Source: Lama glama
Lineage: Eukaryota
Length of the DNA: 64,000 nt
Assembly: GCA_028534125.1 (NCBI GenBank)
Contig: CM052817.1
Span: forward strand, 52,764,001-52,828,000
Direction: 5' to 3'
A program made the translations under genes and the position numbers. How positions within the stretch are numbered: the first letter of the stretch is position 1; every line of letters begins with the position of its first letter. Shown here piece after piece: positions 24,924-38,224 of this stretch. The notes beneath the pieces are model-generated. The model had not been told where the DNA came from, made no database searches, and was given only the letters and a program-made list of their open reading frames with translations.

Positions 24924-27705
24924 GTGATATGAGAGTCCCCAAGCTCTGTGTGACCAAAACCCAGTTGTAAAGCTTTAATGGGGGATTCGACTAGATTGGA
25001 AGTATATAAAAATGTAAGGATTGTTAGGAATATGTTAAAAATTGGAATATTTAAACATTCCACTAGTGACCACTCCCCCTACCTAGTATTATAAAATTAA
25101 AACCTATTGATGAAGTCCTAATGGAGGCTGTAGTTAGGAACATAAATGTTGATGGGATTAAGGTGAGAGTTTGGAAGAGATTTGGTACATTTCAACAGGC
25201 TTTGTATCAAATGATTGTATCTCCTTTACCTGAGTATGTTATGAAGATGGACATTGTATGTGACTGGGGAATATTTCTTCTACCTAGTAATGTAAAACAT
25301 AAGGTATGTAGATTGGTCCTTCAATAATATTAATTGGATCTGCTAAATGAAAACAAATAAGATTGCCCAAACCCACACAGTGTAGAATAGAAGTTGGAAT
25401 GCAGTCCAGACAAATTCTCTGAATAATAGTCTTGTATGGAACACAGAATGGAGCTTATGGCAAAATTCTGTGAGCACCTCTTAGTAATAACTTCTGGGAA
25501 TTTGGACTAGAGCATTTCCATTTGAGGGTCAATTAATAGCTTGCTATTGGACATTAATTGAAACTACTCTCATAACTGAAAGACTAAAAATAATATTGAA
25601 ACCTGAAATACCATAATGTTTTGGGTGATTTAGAATAACACTCTAATGGGGAGGGCAGTCCTCGGTAAAGATGCATAATGAAATGGAAATGGTTTATACA
25701 GAATCACACCACTTGAGAAATGCAAGAAGGAGGCACTCAGGAGTGGGGAGTCTATTTTTCCCTAAGGACTAACATTGGAACTGAATGAGTAGCTGCAGGA
25801 TTATATCATCAGTTGGATAGTGCCCTGTAAACAGTTCTCTACTGACTGACAAATAGCTGCTTGGTTTGTGGATGGCAGTTCCAAGGTGAACGGACAACAT
25901 TCTGTTTTGAAGGATGCCATTCTGAACAAAGAAGGAAAGAAATCAGCTTGGTGGGCTGAAATGCATGCTGTGATCCTAGCAGTGATGAAGGAATTTGAAA
26001 ATGGTAAAAGCCCCCTTGTTTGGGTTTTTACTCACTTTTTGGCAGTGGCAAATTGCAGGGCCATATTATCAAATAGAAAAGGAATTGGAAGCTGGTCTGT
26101 TAATGGAATGCCTGTGTGGGACATAGCCCTATGGAAATGTAAGGGGTGCAGTAATGTAAGACACGCTGATACTCATTGGAATAAGTCCCTTCCAGGCTCA
26201 GAAAGTGATTGGCATTGACCAGCAGATATCACCATGGGCTCACTTAAATGTGGCCACCTAGTTCCCATGAAATGACTGAGCTTAGAGGTACTGCAGCAAT
26301 GCAGAGATGGGCTGAATAGACACATTCTTCTTGTGCCACACCTTCTGAGGCACAAAAATACCAGTAAGAACTGTTTGTCTCTCAGCAAAAGAGACAGAGA
26401 TTGCAGATGGCTATGTGACAGATTTCCTGTGGGAAAGACCCTGAACATAGCTGGCAAGTGGGACTGATGCTGGTAGCCATAGGGGACTATAAACAGTTCT
26501 TGACAAGAATACACACTAACTTGGGGCTGAGCTTTGCTTAAGGAGTGGTGCTCAGAGTGGTGCTCATAGTACTATAAGAGAACTAGAATGGAATTTTCTG
26601 TGCTAATTTGGATGGCCAGCCATCATTGATTCAGACTGAGGAACATATTTTACAGCTCATAATGCCCATCAGTGGGCAGAGAGATACCCTCCTTAGATAA
26701 ATAGTTTGATAGAGAATTAGAATGGGTAATTAAAACACTGACTGTGTAAAACAGGGGGAGATGGCCATGAAGGACTGGCTTACACGCCTTCATAAGGGTG
26801 TGCTCCCATTCAACATGGAAGAGAGTAAGGGAGGGTCCACAATGGATAGATTTCTCTGTTTTTCTAGTGAATCTGGGGGAGGATGCTGGTATAACTATGC
26901 AGGTCTTGCCAAGAGTTGGGGGGATGCTGGTATAAAGACTATACTTTTTCTTCCTTCCTCACATCACCTTAACTTTTTTTTCACTGCTTGATGCAGAAAT
27001 CAGAATCAGGGCTGCAACAACAGTACTGGAAGCAGGGATGATTTCTAAACAAGAAACTGTGACTATATTTTTAAATTTTATGTCAGAATTCCTAAGGACC
27101 TGATGGGGCAAATTGTGCCTTTGCCACATTTGACAAAATTAGAGTTAACAGTGAATTTAGTATTATTGCCTGGCAGTGAAGATATCCCACCAGTTGTACA
27201 CCTGTGTAACCTACCCTGCGTGAATGGGAGTGGACTCAAGCGGGGATACTTGCTGGATCAGTATGGCTGCCTGAAATCTAGACCAACACAGTGGCCTAAC
27301 TGAATGTTTTTCCTAAAGGTGGAAAAGTTTAACTGTTAATGGAGGGAAGAAGAAAGAGTAGCTGGGGACAAAGGAATGAATAAATGGGTTGTATAATAAG
27401 CAAAGTCTAATGTTAGCACCTCAAAAGAGGCTTCAGAAGAGCTTCCATCTTAGAGCTTAATTATACCAGATTCCTGAAAAGGTGAAGCCATATGTTGCTG
27501 AGACCATCCTACTTTTAGAATCTGACAAGATCAAATAGAAGCCTGTAAAATTGAGTGGTCTTGCCCTAGGAGATGCCTTTTATATGATATGGTGGACTAG
27601 ACTAATTATTAATGACTGAATTGGATTTTAGTAATGTGCCAGTATCTTTTTACTTTTATGATAGTTTTGCTGTAACTAGTCCGTGACCAGAAACCAGTGG
27701 TAGAA
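24924..27705 (+). mobile_element. ERVL-class internal region (MER21-int-like) with protease, RNase H, integrase and dUTPase-like remnants
   Basis: Protease IVSPLPEYVMKMDIVCDWG (ORF 25121). RNase H WFVDGSSKVNG..SAWWAEMHAV..VFT..AVAN (ORF 25868). Integrase IDSD*GTYFTAHNAHQWA. dUTPase-like VRIPKDLMGQIVP...LTV at ~27080-27210. Confidence 0.8.
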
Positions 27706-28080
27706 TGTGACATAAAAATAAGTGTTTATTTGGTCTTTGCCCCTGGTTCCTGACACAGAGCTCCTAAATCCCTTTGGTGATAGTAGTGTCATTTGTTCTG
27801 TTAAAGTGTATCTTGGAAGGCACCTGGTTGGCTTCAGGATGGGGACTGGTCACTAGAAAGACCAAGCCATGATTGGAAACTAGAATTTTCAGCCCCATAC
27901 TTTATCCTCTAACAGGGGCTGGAAATTAAGTCAGTAATCAATCATGTATCCGTAATGAAGCCTCCCTAAAAATCCCTAAACTGCAGGGTGGAGAAAACCT
28001 CCCAGGAATGCACTCCCACTTCATGGGGATAGATAACTCCTCTCCTACACTGGAGATACTTTCAGAGTTTTTCTTTTACC
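27706..28080 (+). mobile_element. MER21C-like LTR (partial)
   Basis: tgtgacataaaaataag...ttggtctttgcccctggttcctgacacagagctcctaaa...cttcaggatggggactggtcactagaaagaccaagccatgatt. Confidence 0.8.
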
Positions 28081-28407
28081 TCAACTCTAAGAGATGATAG
28101 CAATTTTGTTTGGTTGTGCCAGAAAGATGTGAACAAAGATTTTCAGTAAATAGCTAAAATTTTCTGGCACTATTATTTGTATTTATGTTGTATTTAGATT
28201 AAACACAAACAAAATAGGTTGGTTTATAAGTTCTAGGTGACAAAAACAAGAGAAAAGATTTTTGTTTTGTTTTTGTCACTACTGTTATTCAGGCAATCAG
28301 TTCACATTACTTACCAAAGCAATCTTTTTAAATTTCTAGTTTAAATGTATAAAACCAATTATTTTAGAAACTAAATTCAGTTACTATAATTAAGAAAGCT
28401 CTCTGTC

Positions 28408-28701
28408 ATAGCTAAGAGGAACCTAAAAAGAAATGATGACTAAATGTAATGCCATGTCCTGAATGTGATCCTGGGACAGACACAAGGACATCAAGTAAAA
28501 ATTATGGAAATCTAAATACAGTATGGATTTAGTCAATAATAATGTATCAATATTTGTTCATTAATTGTGACAAGTAACTATACAAATGTAACATGCTCAC
28601 ATTAGGGGAAACGAGATGTGGGTTATATGGAACACTGTGTCATACTTGCAACTTATTCTCTAAATCTGAAACTATTATAAAATTTTAAAGTTGATTTAAA
28701 A
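28408..28701 (+). mobile_element. L1MC/MD-type 3' end
   Basis: gactaaatgtaatg...ttagtcaataataatgtatcaatatt...taggggaaac...ctaaatctgaaactattataaaa. Confidence 0.8.
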
Positions 28702-29146
28702 GATCTATGATCTTTCAAAAAGAAATACTATGCAAAATGAGTAAATACTCTTGATTGCCTTGGAATATATTCTTAAAATGCATTCAGTATTTTTGGAACT
28801 GTAAGAAAAAGCTGTTTGATAAATTATTTTTAATCCATAGTATTGTCAACATAAGAAATATCGCTTTGCTTATTTATTACAATTCCTGAAAAATTCCCAA
28901 AGGTACAACTTTTTATTTTGCATTTTATTTAATAGATTTTAATGTATAAACTTAAGGGTATTTTTTAATATTCAGAGTACCTAATAAAACTTTTTGCTTT
29001 GTTCATTTTACATATATGTTCTTTCTTTTAGTAATTTTATTACATAAGTTGCAATGACCAACATAAAGTATTAATACAGAACCATATTTCTTGACAGATG
29101 GCATTTAGATACGTAAAAAACCCATTCATCTCAGAGTAGTTCTTAC

Positions 29147-29249
29147 ATTTGTAGTTTTCTATAACTAATCCTATATTTTTTCCCAGTTAAATAAAATATT
29201 TGTAATTCATAGAATTTAAATTAGTCATTGATCTCAAATGAGTCTGCTT
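29147..29249 (-). pseudogene. Candidate exon (103 nt): ADSFEIND*FKFYELQIFYLTGKKYRISYRKLQ
   Basis: Acceptor tttaaatgcag|, donor aat|gtaaga, one stop. Confidence 0.3.
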
Positions 29250-29994
29250 CTGCATTTAAATATTAATAGATTAAAATAAGAAATGGACTAGGAAGAGAAA
29301 TAGAAGAAATACACTGGACAGCATGAATTATTTAGACCATTAGAAGCACTCTAGCAACAGAGAAAGTCTAGAAAAATTTAATAAGTTATCTTGTTCAGGA
29401 TCTGCTTATTCAGTGACCAACAAATTAATTGAGTTCTTTAAGAAAAAGAAATCTGTATAAAGTTAAAAATGATATCTAAGTGTCAAGTTCTCTGTTTCAC
29501 GCAGATTTTTCTTAACCTCTTACTATGACAACTTCCTACATTGTTGAATTGTTTTCAGGGAGGAAAAGAAGAAAGGCTTCATCAAAATACATTTCTGATA
29601 ATTAGTTATTTCCATTATAATAGAATAGAAAGTTTACTGCACCATTCTCAGATACCTTTTTTTTCCTAATGATTTCTTATTTCTGCTATAGTAATAGCAG
29701 CTCAGCGTCCTTCTGTCATAGCATATTTACCAATTAGGGAAAAGTACACTTTCACATCCCTTTAAATATATTTCTTTCACTAAATTCATTAAAATTAATT
29801 TTTGCAAAGGTAACTCTCTTCTGTAAAGGGTAGAGTATTAAACATTTCTTTGTATAAGCTAATATGAAATATAATTTACCATGGTTAATTTTTCCTTGGT
29901 AGCCCAGAAAGCAACATTCTGTGAATTACTAATATCAATATAGTTTTATGGCACAAATATGTTTCAACTAGGTTACTTTTATTCTTTTAGACTT

Positions 29995-30090
29995 TGAATA
30001 ATACTTTGTCATTTTTGCCACTGGATATTCAATACTTAGAATTGTTTGAGTCACATAGTAAGTATTCAGTAAATATATGCTGAATGTATA
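29995..30090 (+). mobile_element. L2 3' end
   Basis: cacatagtaagtattcagtaaatatatgctgaatg. Confidence 0.55.
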
Positions 30091-30566
30091 TAGCATGTAG
30101 AAAAATAGAAATCTCATTCTCTTTGTGTTAACATTCCCTCCAGGTTCTAACTTACTAGATAATTAGGGGGCTGGTTGTGGGCAGGGAGGAAAATGTTCAT
30201 GTATGAGGTATGCTTCAATACCAATAAAATTGGTGTTTAAATGGCATGCTTAGCCAATGTAAGGCTTTTGCTTTGAAGAAAGGGTGAGTTGAACTTAAAA
30301 CTCTGATTAATAAAAAAATAGTCTGTATCTTCTTAAGAGAAAGAGCAAGATGCATTGTTAGAAATATGAACCTTTGAATAAGAGTTTGCATTAAGCTTTT
30401 GTGTTGTCCATAATGTGAATTTTCTTCTCTGTTTCCCTGGAAATCTTTATTAGAGGAGTCATTTCATTTTGCTGTTACATATATATGTAATATATAAATA
30501 TCAATATATATTATATATAGTATATACATATTATATATATTCTGAAGATGCTTTAAAAGCTTAATC

Positions 30567-30652
30567 TTTTTAAATAATTTTTCTTATTGAAGTATAGTCA
30601 GTTTACAAGGTTGTGTCAATTTCTGGTGTACAGCATAATAATTCAGTCATAC
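30567..30652 (-). mobile_element. Very short 5'-truncated young L1 (3' terminus only)
   Basis: ttattgaagtatagtcagtttacaaggttgtgtcaatttctggtgtacagcataataattcagtcata closely matches the L1 terminus at 56243-56305. Confidence 0.8.
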
Positions 30653-30712
30653 TTAAAGGTTGAATAGAGTGAGAACACTGGATACTCAAGGAGATGCAAA
30701 ATCACCTCTTAC

Positions 30713-31069
30713 TTTCATTTATTTTTAATAATTTAATAAATGATAAGGTGAATTGCTAATAAGATTTAACAACATATTTAAAAATAGGATGAATTTAAAT
30801 AATATATAATTGCAATAAAGCAGTAATGATATGGGCTCCAAATTAAGGAAAGTGCACAGCAGTAACCAAAGGATCATTTGTCAAAATACTATTTATTGTA
30901 AAATAATGTAAACATTTGTAGCTATGGCTTGGTAAAAAATTATTAGTAGGTATGAATAGTGCCACTAAAATGTTGATTACTTTTGTGTAAGACATTTGCA
31001 GTCCAACAATACTGTATAGTTTTAGGCAAACGTGTGTTTTCCTTCTCTACTAAATTTACCCACAAATCT
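30713..31069 (-). pseudogene. Candidate degraded exon beginning DLWVNLVEKENTRLPKTIQYCWTANVLHKSNQHFSGTIHTY**
   Basis: Very strong acceptor ctcttattttattttattctag|. About 41 open codons, then many stops. Donor aaa|gtaaga at 30713. Confidence 0.35.
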
Positions 31070-32635
31070 CTAGAATAAAATAAAATAAGAGGACAGCAAG
31101 GTATTCAGTAGGGGTAGATATGATTGACAGATAGGAAGTCTTTGTATAAAAAAATACCTTAAAAGAAAATTCTTTGTTTAGAAAATAAATAACAACCCTC
31201 ATGGTAACATATTAACTCATTCTCCTTTGATTCTATGTTGATATTCTACTGTAAAAATTCTAATGATTATGTTTATAAGCCCTAAGGATATATTAACAGA
31301 TTATACAGAATCATGATAGCTAGCAAAAAAATCTAGCAAGTAATATTCATTCTATCTATATATGCTGGATACTGTGGGGAGATGATATTATTGAAAAATT
31401 TATGTTCAGAGAAAGGCAACTCTAATTTGTACTTTGCGTTGTCCCTTCAAATGGTCCATACAACATAAATAACCTAATATGTCTAAAACTAAATCTTAAA
31501 CTTTAAGTACAGTTGGGAGAACCATTACAGAAGTGTTATAGGAGATTTTTACTAATACATTTATATAATTAATTTCCCAAACCAATGTTTTTAAGCCATC
31601 TAAGTCTTTTAGGCATAATTCTCAAAATTTTAGTTTCTCTCACATTCACAACTACTCGCTAGATTATCATTTGGCATTTTTGAGCTTGTTCTTTCCTTCA
31701 TTTTTCTTCTTTCCAAAGAGACCTTTACTTTTGTACCTTGTTAAATACACCTGGTCGTTGTACAGTAATTCCCCAGCAGGCTTGATTTTCTCAAGTTAAG
31801 AAGTTTTAGAGATTTGATCTACAAACTTGTTAACAAGATTAAAAACAACATGACAGAATCACGCTGTTCATAGTTCATTTTGTTTTCTCTGTGATATATA
31901 CAGAGATTCGTTGGGAAGTCTGAACTCAGTAAAACAGCACAAAATAGAGGTCAGTTGAGAAGTTATTTAAGGCCAAAGATCTGTAACCTGTGGTTTAAAA
32001 CAGAGTGTATTATTCGGGTTTGGATCAATAACCTTTCTTAGGTCATAGGATTAGCTTCTGTAGAGGCTTCAACTTCTGATAAACAGGAATTTATTTCTGG
32101 AAAGAGTTAATTGACTTAATCACAATGAATAACAGACCTCATTCTTGATAGCAAATCCAGGATTAAATGTAATTAGATCAATACATTTGAATTTTTGCCC
32201 TGCTCCTCTTAGACCATAATCTTCCTCCTTTTATATATAAAATAACAAGCATGCAATAATCCCTTCCCTCCAAAAGTGAAACTATAGATAAATGTCATAA
32301 TAACACAAATTAAAATTACTATAAAGAAAGCTGTCAAAGTAATGTGTTGATCAAAGAATGTGCTTTCTTTTCTGAGAACTCTGATGGTTTATACAATAAG
32401 ACAAATTATAGCAACAAGAAAATGACTTCAAGGCATGCTAATTTAACTTGCACAGGCCATATTCAAAACCAAACCCATATGCTTTGTTTCCAAGAAAAAT
32501 AACCATTTTATGGAAATACTTTTGAACTATTCTGTATCTATTTAATTCTGTCTTAGATAGAGATAAGATTTTATTATCAATGTGTGTGCTTTTTCTTCAA
32601 GGGGAAAAAGGGGATAAGCATTAATTTAATCAGCA

Positions 32636-32636
<1 letters not shown>

Positions 32637-32668
<32 letters not shown>
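32637..32668. repeat. (TA)n microsatellite
   Basis: TA run with one TG interruption. Confidence 0.9.
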
Positions 32669-33099
32669 AAGTATGTGTTATATAGCACTGATTGTGCCTC
32701 GTACCTAGTACTAGGAGAAGAATAAAAAAGTTTTCATAGGGTTCAAGTAAAAACTGAAAATAAATTTGAAAAAGATTTAAAAACAATAAAAAAATGTATA
32801 GTCAAATATTCTTTAATGAGGAGAGAGAATTCAAGAAAAATTTTAGTTATAAAGGAATAGACCTCATGAGCATTGAATAATGAATATTTTTTTATTGGGC
32901 TGAGGGGTGGGAAAGTTATCCTAGGTAGGAATTTAGTGGTAAATTTATAAAATTCTGAAATTTTAGCATATATTCTGAGTGCCCTGAGGAATTCATTATT
33001 ACTAGATTCTAGAATTCTCAGCAGTGAGGCCCTGTACTGACTCATGCTCCTTTGCTCATGCTACATATTTTGGAAGACTGAAGGTTTGGTCTTGGAAGC

Positions 33100-33665
33100 T
33101 TCTTGTTTTGTTTCTTACTCTCTTTCTCTTTTTATTTCTCTGAATACATCTTGTAGCATGGCTTTAAATGTCATCTCTATATTAAATTTATACCTACAGC
33201 CTCATTTCACCAATAAACTTATAACACTTAACCACCTGACTAGTTGCTAACTGTACCTAGAGAGAGATCTAGGTACAGAATAGATCCAGAATATAGTTTC
33301 TACTTTTCACCAGGTTGTCATACCCTAGTTAACAGCACCTCCAGGATCTACCCAGTTCTCAGCCAAAGCCTAGAAGTCATTTTTGGCTTGAATTTTTCTT
33401 TCACCGTCTGTGTCCAAGTAATCATCAAGTGGTTGTCTATTCTACAGTACCCAGGTTATATACTAAATTTATCTGGCCCTTCCATCACTTCTAAGATTTT
33501 GGTGCAAACAATTTTTATTTCTCACTGGGGCATTCCAATAGTTTTTCATCTCTCCTCCTACTTTTGTTCTTGCCCATCTCCAATCCATTCTCTCCACTGT
33601 GGTCAGTGTGAAATTTTTTTAAAAAGAAAAATTATTTTCTTTCCTGCTTGAAACTTAGTAAATGG
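33100..33665 (+). mobile_element. L2 fragment
   Basis: ctacccagttctcagccaaagcctagaagtcat...ctccaatccattctctccactgtggtcagtgtga. Confidence 0.65.
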
Positions 33666-33689
33666 TGACTTTTCCCTTCCTTTTCTTCT

Positions 33690-36600
33690 TGTAGAGATTT
33701 ATCATTCCTTTTTTATACATACCTTTCCAAAGTACCAGTTTGGGGTTTTAAAATTTTTTTCTATTGTTTTCCTGTTATCAGTTTCACTGATTTCTGCTTT
33801 AATTTTTCTGTTATTTATTTTCTTCCATTTACTTTAAGCTTAACTTGCTTTTCTTTTCCTAGTTTCTTAATGCAGAAGCTTTTATTGATTTTAGAAATTT
33901 TGATTTCTGAAATACACAATGAATTCTGTGAATTTCCCTCTAAGTCCTGATTTCAGTATATCCCACAAATTTTGGTGAGTTGTATTTTAATTTTCATTTA
34001 CTTCAAAATGTTTTTATTTTTACTTTTTTGAGTTTCTACTGAAACTTCTTTGACCTATATATTATTCAGAAATAAATTTCTCGATCAACACATATTTGGG
34101 ATTTTTATATTTTTTATTGACCCCTATAATTTCATTGTCGTCTGAGGATATACTTTGTGTGATTTCTGCTATTTTAAATTTATGTTTTAAGGTGAAGGAT
34201 GTGGTCTAACTTGGTGAAATGTTTCACGTCACCTTGAGAGAATGTATTTGCTAGTTTTGTTGATGGAGCATTCTACAAATGTCAAATCAAGCTGATAAAT
34301 AATCCTGTTCAAGTCAACTATATTCTTACTGATGTTCTGTGTGATTGATCCATCAGCTACTGAAAGAAAATATTGAAGTTTTCAACTGTGAGTAGATTTG
34401 TTTGTTTACTTTTGCAATTCTATCACTTTTGCCTCATCTGGTACACTATTGTTAGGTGCATACATGTTTAGAATCGTTTTGTCTTCTTGATTATTGACTA
34501 TTTTATCATTATGTAATACCCCTCATTATCTCTGATAATTTTTCTTGTTCTTGAAATTCATATAAGTATTATAGCTTTCTTTTTCTATTGTTTATTAATG
34601 TATCTGTCCCCTTCCTTTTATTATAATCTTTCTGAGTTTTTACATTTAATGTGAGTTTCTTATAGAAAACAAAAAGTTTTAATACAATCTGTTAATCTAC
34701 GTCTTATAGTCAGTTTAGACCGTTTACATTTAAAATGTTATATACATCATTAAATTAATATCTATTATGTGTTCTATTTGATGTACTTTTTCTTTGTTTC
34801 TTTCTTCCCCACCTCTAATCTGCTCATTAAATTGTTTTAGTGGTTGCCCTACAGTTTGCAACACATGTATGTAACTAATCCAAGTCGAACTTCAAATAAC
34901 CCTATAACACTATAAGTGTTACACCTTATAACTGAGAATGCCCAGTTCCTCTCCCTTGCCCATTATGTAGTTGCTTTATTAATTTCACTTATTCTTGTGC
35001 TATAATCACCCCATGTTGATACTATAATTTTTAAAAAGCTATCTTTTAGGTCAATTGAGAAGAGATAATACAAAAGATTTTACTTTCCCTTCAGTTATAC
35101 CCTTGTGGGTGTTCTTTTCTTTTTGTAGATCTGTGTTTCTGAACTACATAATTTTCTTTCTCTTTGAAGGGCCTTCTTTTAACATTTCTTGTAAGAAATG
35201 TCTGCTAGTAATGAATTCACTCAGATTTTTTTTTCTGCAAAAGTGTTTCTTTCCTTTTCACTTTTGAAGAATTTCACTGGATATAGAGTTTTAATTGGTG
35301 GTTTTAATTTCTTTTCCATTTTAATACTTCACTTCACTCTCCTTTTACTTGTCTGGTTTTTGATGATGTGTGCTGTAATTTCTAATGTTATTCCTCTGTG
35401 GGTAGGATACTCTACCTTCCCCAGCTTCTTTCAAGATTTACTTTTTCTTATTGTGCAGTTTGGTTATGATATAACTAGATGCACATTTTCTGATATTGAT
35501 CCTTCTTAGTGTTCTCTGAGCTACCCATATCTGGGTTTGATGGCTGTCATTAATTTTGGAAATTTTTAGGTAATTATTATTTCAAATATTTCTTTTGTTC
35601 CACTCTTTCTCCTTCTGTTATTTCAATTATGTATATATTACACTTTTTGTATTTATCACTCAGTTCTCAAGATATTGGTATTATGTTTTTGTCATTTTTT
35701 TTCTCTTTGAATTTCAGTTTAGAAAGTTTCTATTGACCAATTTCAAAATCACTGATTTTTTTTATAGCTGTGTCTAGTCTGTTGATGAGCCCATCAAAGA
35801 TATTCTTCATTTCTGTTATAATTTTTTCTAACATTCCTCTTTGATGATTTTGAGTTTCAATCCCTCTGCTTATATTACCAATTTGTTATGCCAAGTTATC
35901 TATTTTATTATATCTTTTAACATATTATTTTATCTTCTCTGTCTGCAAATTCTGACACTTATGCCATATCTGAGCCTCATTTGTATGCTTACTTTTTCTG
36001 TTTAGAATTTTTGCTTGCATTTGAGCATGTTTTGTAACTTCATCAAAACCCAGACTTGATGTATTGGGTAATAAACACTGAATTAAATAGGCTGTTAGTG
36101 TAAAAGTTTTTGTTTTTGTTTTTAATTTGTTAGGAGAGAAAGAATGTTAGAGGTTGCTAGAGTGAGAGGAATGCCTTTCCCTGAGGTGGGGTAAACCGCT
36201 GGTGAAGTTTCTTCCACTGTAGAATAGGTCTTTTTGTGGAGAATTCTCCAAGCATGTCATAATGGTTTCAGTTCTCCTATGTCTGCCAGAACCATAAGGA
36301 GGGCTTTCTCACTCTTCACTATGAGAACCTGGTGAGGGTCCTGAGAGGAAAACCCAAAATGAAACACAAAATGTGGGGTCCCACTGAATCTGAAAATCCT
36401 CACTCTTATTCTAGTCTACACTCAGCCTCCATAATTTGTCAAAATTACCATTTGAGTGTTCTTACCAATTTATGACTCTGGTAAATTCTGCTTTGGTGAG
36501 CAGACCAGAGATGTGATTGTCTGGATTCTTCTGCCTCTTCAGATTTGGGGTGTCATTTTTGCCTTGAAACCTCAGTTCTCTGATGAGTCCAAGAAATGGC

Positions 36601-37110
36601 TAATTTTAAGTTTCTTCAATTTTTTCTTGTTGTAAGGATGAAAGTGATACCTTCTAACTTGGTACATGATAAAGATGAATCTTGAACTCTAGAATACTTA
36701 CTGTTTTAATTTTCATAGCTAGACCCTTGATCCACTTGTATTTGCTTATTATTTATAACTAAGTTTATCTTTTAATAAAAATCCAATTTACCTAGTAATA
36801 GTTTTCATTATAATATAGAGCTTCCTTTGCCATAAATCAGAATTTCTATGTGTATATGTGTATGTCAATCTGGTTTTTGCTTCTGTTCTGATAGTCTAAC
36901 CAATGTCCTATGGTTTTAATTGTTGTAACTGTAAAGTAAGTCTTGGTAAGTTGCTGTATTAGTCTTTTAGCTTACTTCTCATCACAATCATTTTAGCTAA
37001 TTTGGTCATTTGTATTTCCATGTAAATATTATAATCTTCATTTCAGTGGTGGGATTTTGATGCTAATTCTTTGGATGATTTAGAGTAATTTAGCTGCTGC
37101 TATAAATAAA
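33690..37110 (-). mobile_element. Old L1M (L1MD/MC-like) ORF2-to-5' region, followed by a further L1ME-like fragment
   Basis: Antisense L1 phrases: tttcactgatttctgct, tatcccacaaattttggtgagttgtatttt, ttaggtgcatacatgtttagaat, cacttttgaagaatttcactggatatag. This explains the F/L-rich ORFs at 35055-35777. Confidence 0.8.
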
Positions 37111-37129
37111 TATTTTAAAAGTCACTTTG

Positions 37130-37330
37130 TACTTCTATCAGGCTGCTTTAGAGTGATGGGCAATTTTTAACAACTAGTCACTTCCATGAGCATGAGTCAA
37201 TAGCTGCACTTCCACTTTTTGTAAAATGAGTTCTTTGTTCAGAAGCAATACTCTGTGTGGAATCTCATAACACTGTATATGACATGCTGTAAGTCTACAG
37301 TTTGTGATTTTTGCTGAAATATTGAGGGCA
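37130..37330 (-). mobile_element. ERVL integrase fragment
   Basis: cacttccatgagcatgagtcaatagctgcacttc...gagttctttgttcagaagcaata...tgtggaat is the antisense of the IASDQGTHF..EV.QWAHAHG region. Confidence 0.7.
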
Positions 37331-37822
37331 AGAAAAGTACTTTTAAAAGGCCATTAAAACCTAAGTCTAACTCAGAGCCAATTTAGAAAGCCAATTCTTA
37401 AGGTTTTGTTCCTTGAAATTATTGCTAGAGCCATTTTTGTTCATTAAAGTTTATTCAGAGAAGCACATCTCTACTGGTGATATCATAGACTTATTAGAAT
37501 TAGACTTAACTCTATCTTGAGAACTGGTGAAGAAGTCCGTGTTAGCCTGCTATCTGGTTCTTAGTATGGTAGGTATAGCAGAAAGACATGATTAGTTTTC
37601 TGGGTTATTATTGAAGATAATTATTGAAGAGCCTGTCTTTGGGTGGTGGAGAGGCTGGTGTAAGGATTTCAATATCTCCTAAGTGTTTTCTTGCAGATGA
37701 ATAAGTGAGAGTAACAGAAAGTGGTGACCTATTATAACTGAGCGGAGATGGGGTATGGAGATAATAACGATATAACGTATTTTACCTTATGTACTGGAAG
37801 GGCTTTATTATTAGTTCCTTAC

Positions 37823-37880
37823 TCTTCTTGGAACTATTCCTTCCAAAATGAAGAATTCATGACTCCATATTTCTCCTTCC
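37823..37880 (-). pseudogene. Candidate exon (58 nt, phase 2-0): EGEIWSHEFFILEGIVPRR
   Basis: Acceptor tatttcctcatag|, donor aga|gtaagg. Open, with a 102-nt intron to the previous exon. Confidence 0.55.
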
Positions 37881-37982
37881 CTATGAGGAAATAGCCGATA
37901 TTCAGAAAGAATGATACCCGTAATAGAATATTAATATAGTTGGTCTGAATGGATTTAAGAGAGTATCATTACTTGAAATTAC

Positions 37983-38012
37983 CTTATCAAGCAGTAATCT
38001 TCCCAATCAAAA
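37983..38012 (-). pseudogene. Candidate exon (30 nt, phase 2-2): SFDWEDYCLIR
   Basis: Acceptor atgctttgtag|, donor aag|gtaatt. In frame with both neighbours. Confidence 0.55.
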
Positions 38013-38224
38013 CTACAAAGCATTGATGAAGTAGGTAGGTAGTAGGTAGATAGGCGATTAGATAAATATCAAGTAAAAATTAATGTAGTGTTTTCCTATA
38101 CATAAAACAGTATGTGTATGAGCTCCTAGTGACATGGCATTAAGCTCTAGCTCATTATTAACAGATATTCCAGTTATAACCCTTCATATTCTTATAAGAA
38201 TACAACCTCATTCAGCTACTATAC

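Noticed and set aside
25868..26218. 116-aa RNase H-like ORF as a domesticated gene
   Set aside because: It is embedded in a stop-riddled ERVL, and the third catalytic Asp position reads H (FTHF instead of FTDS).
30552..30666. TSD around the short L1 (ttaaaagcttaatc / ttaaaggttgaata)
   Set aside because: Only 10/14 identity in AT-rich DNA, which is not convincing for a young insertion.
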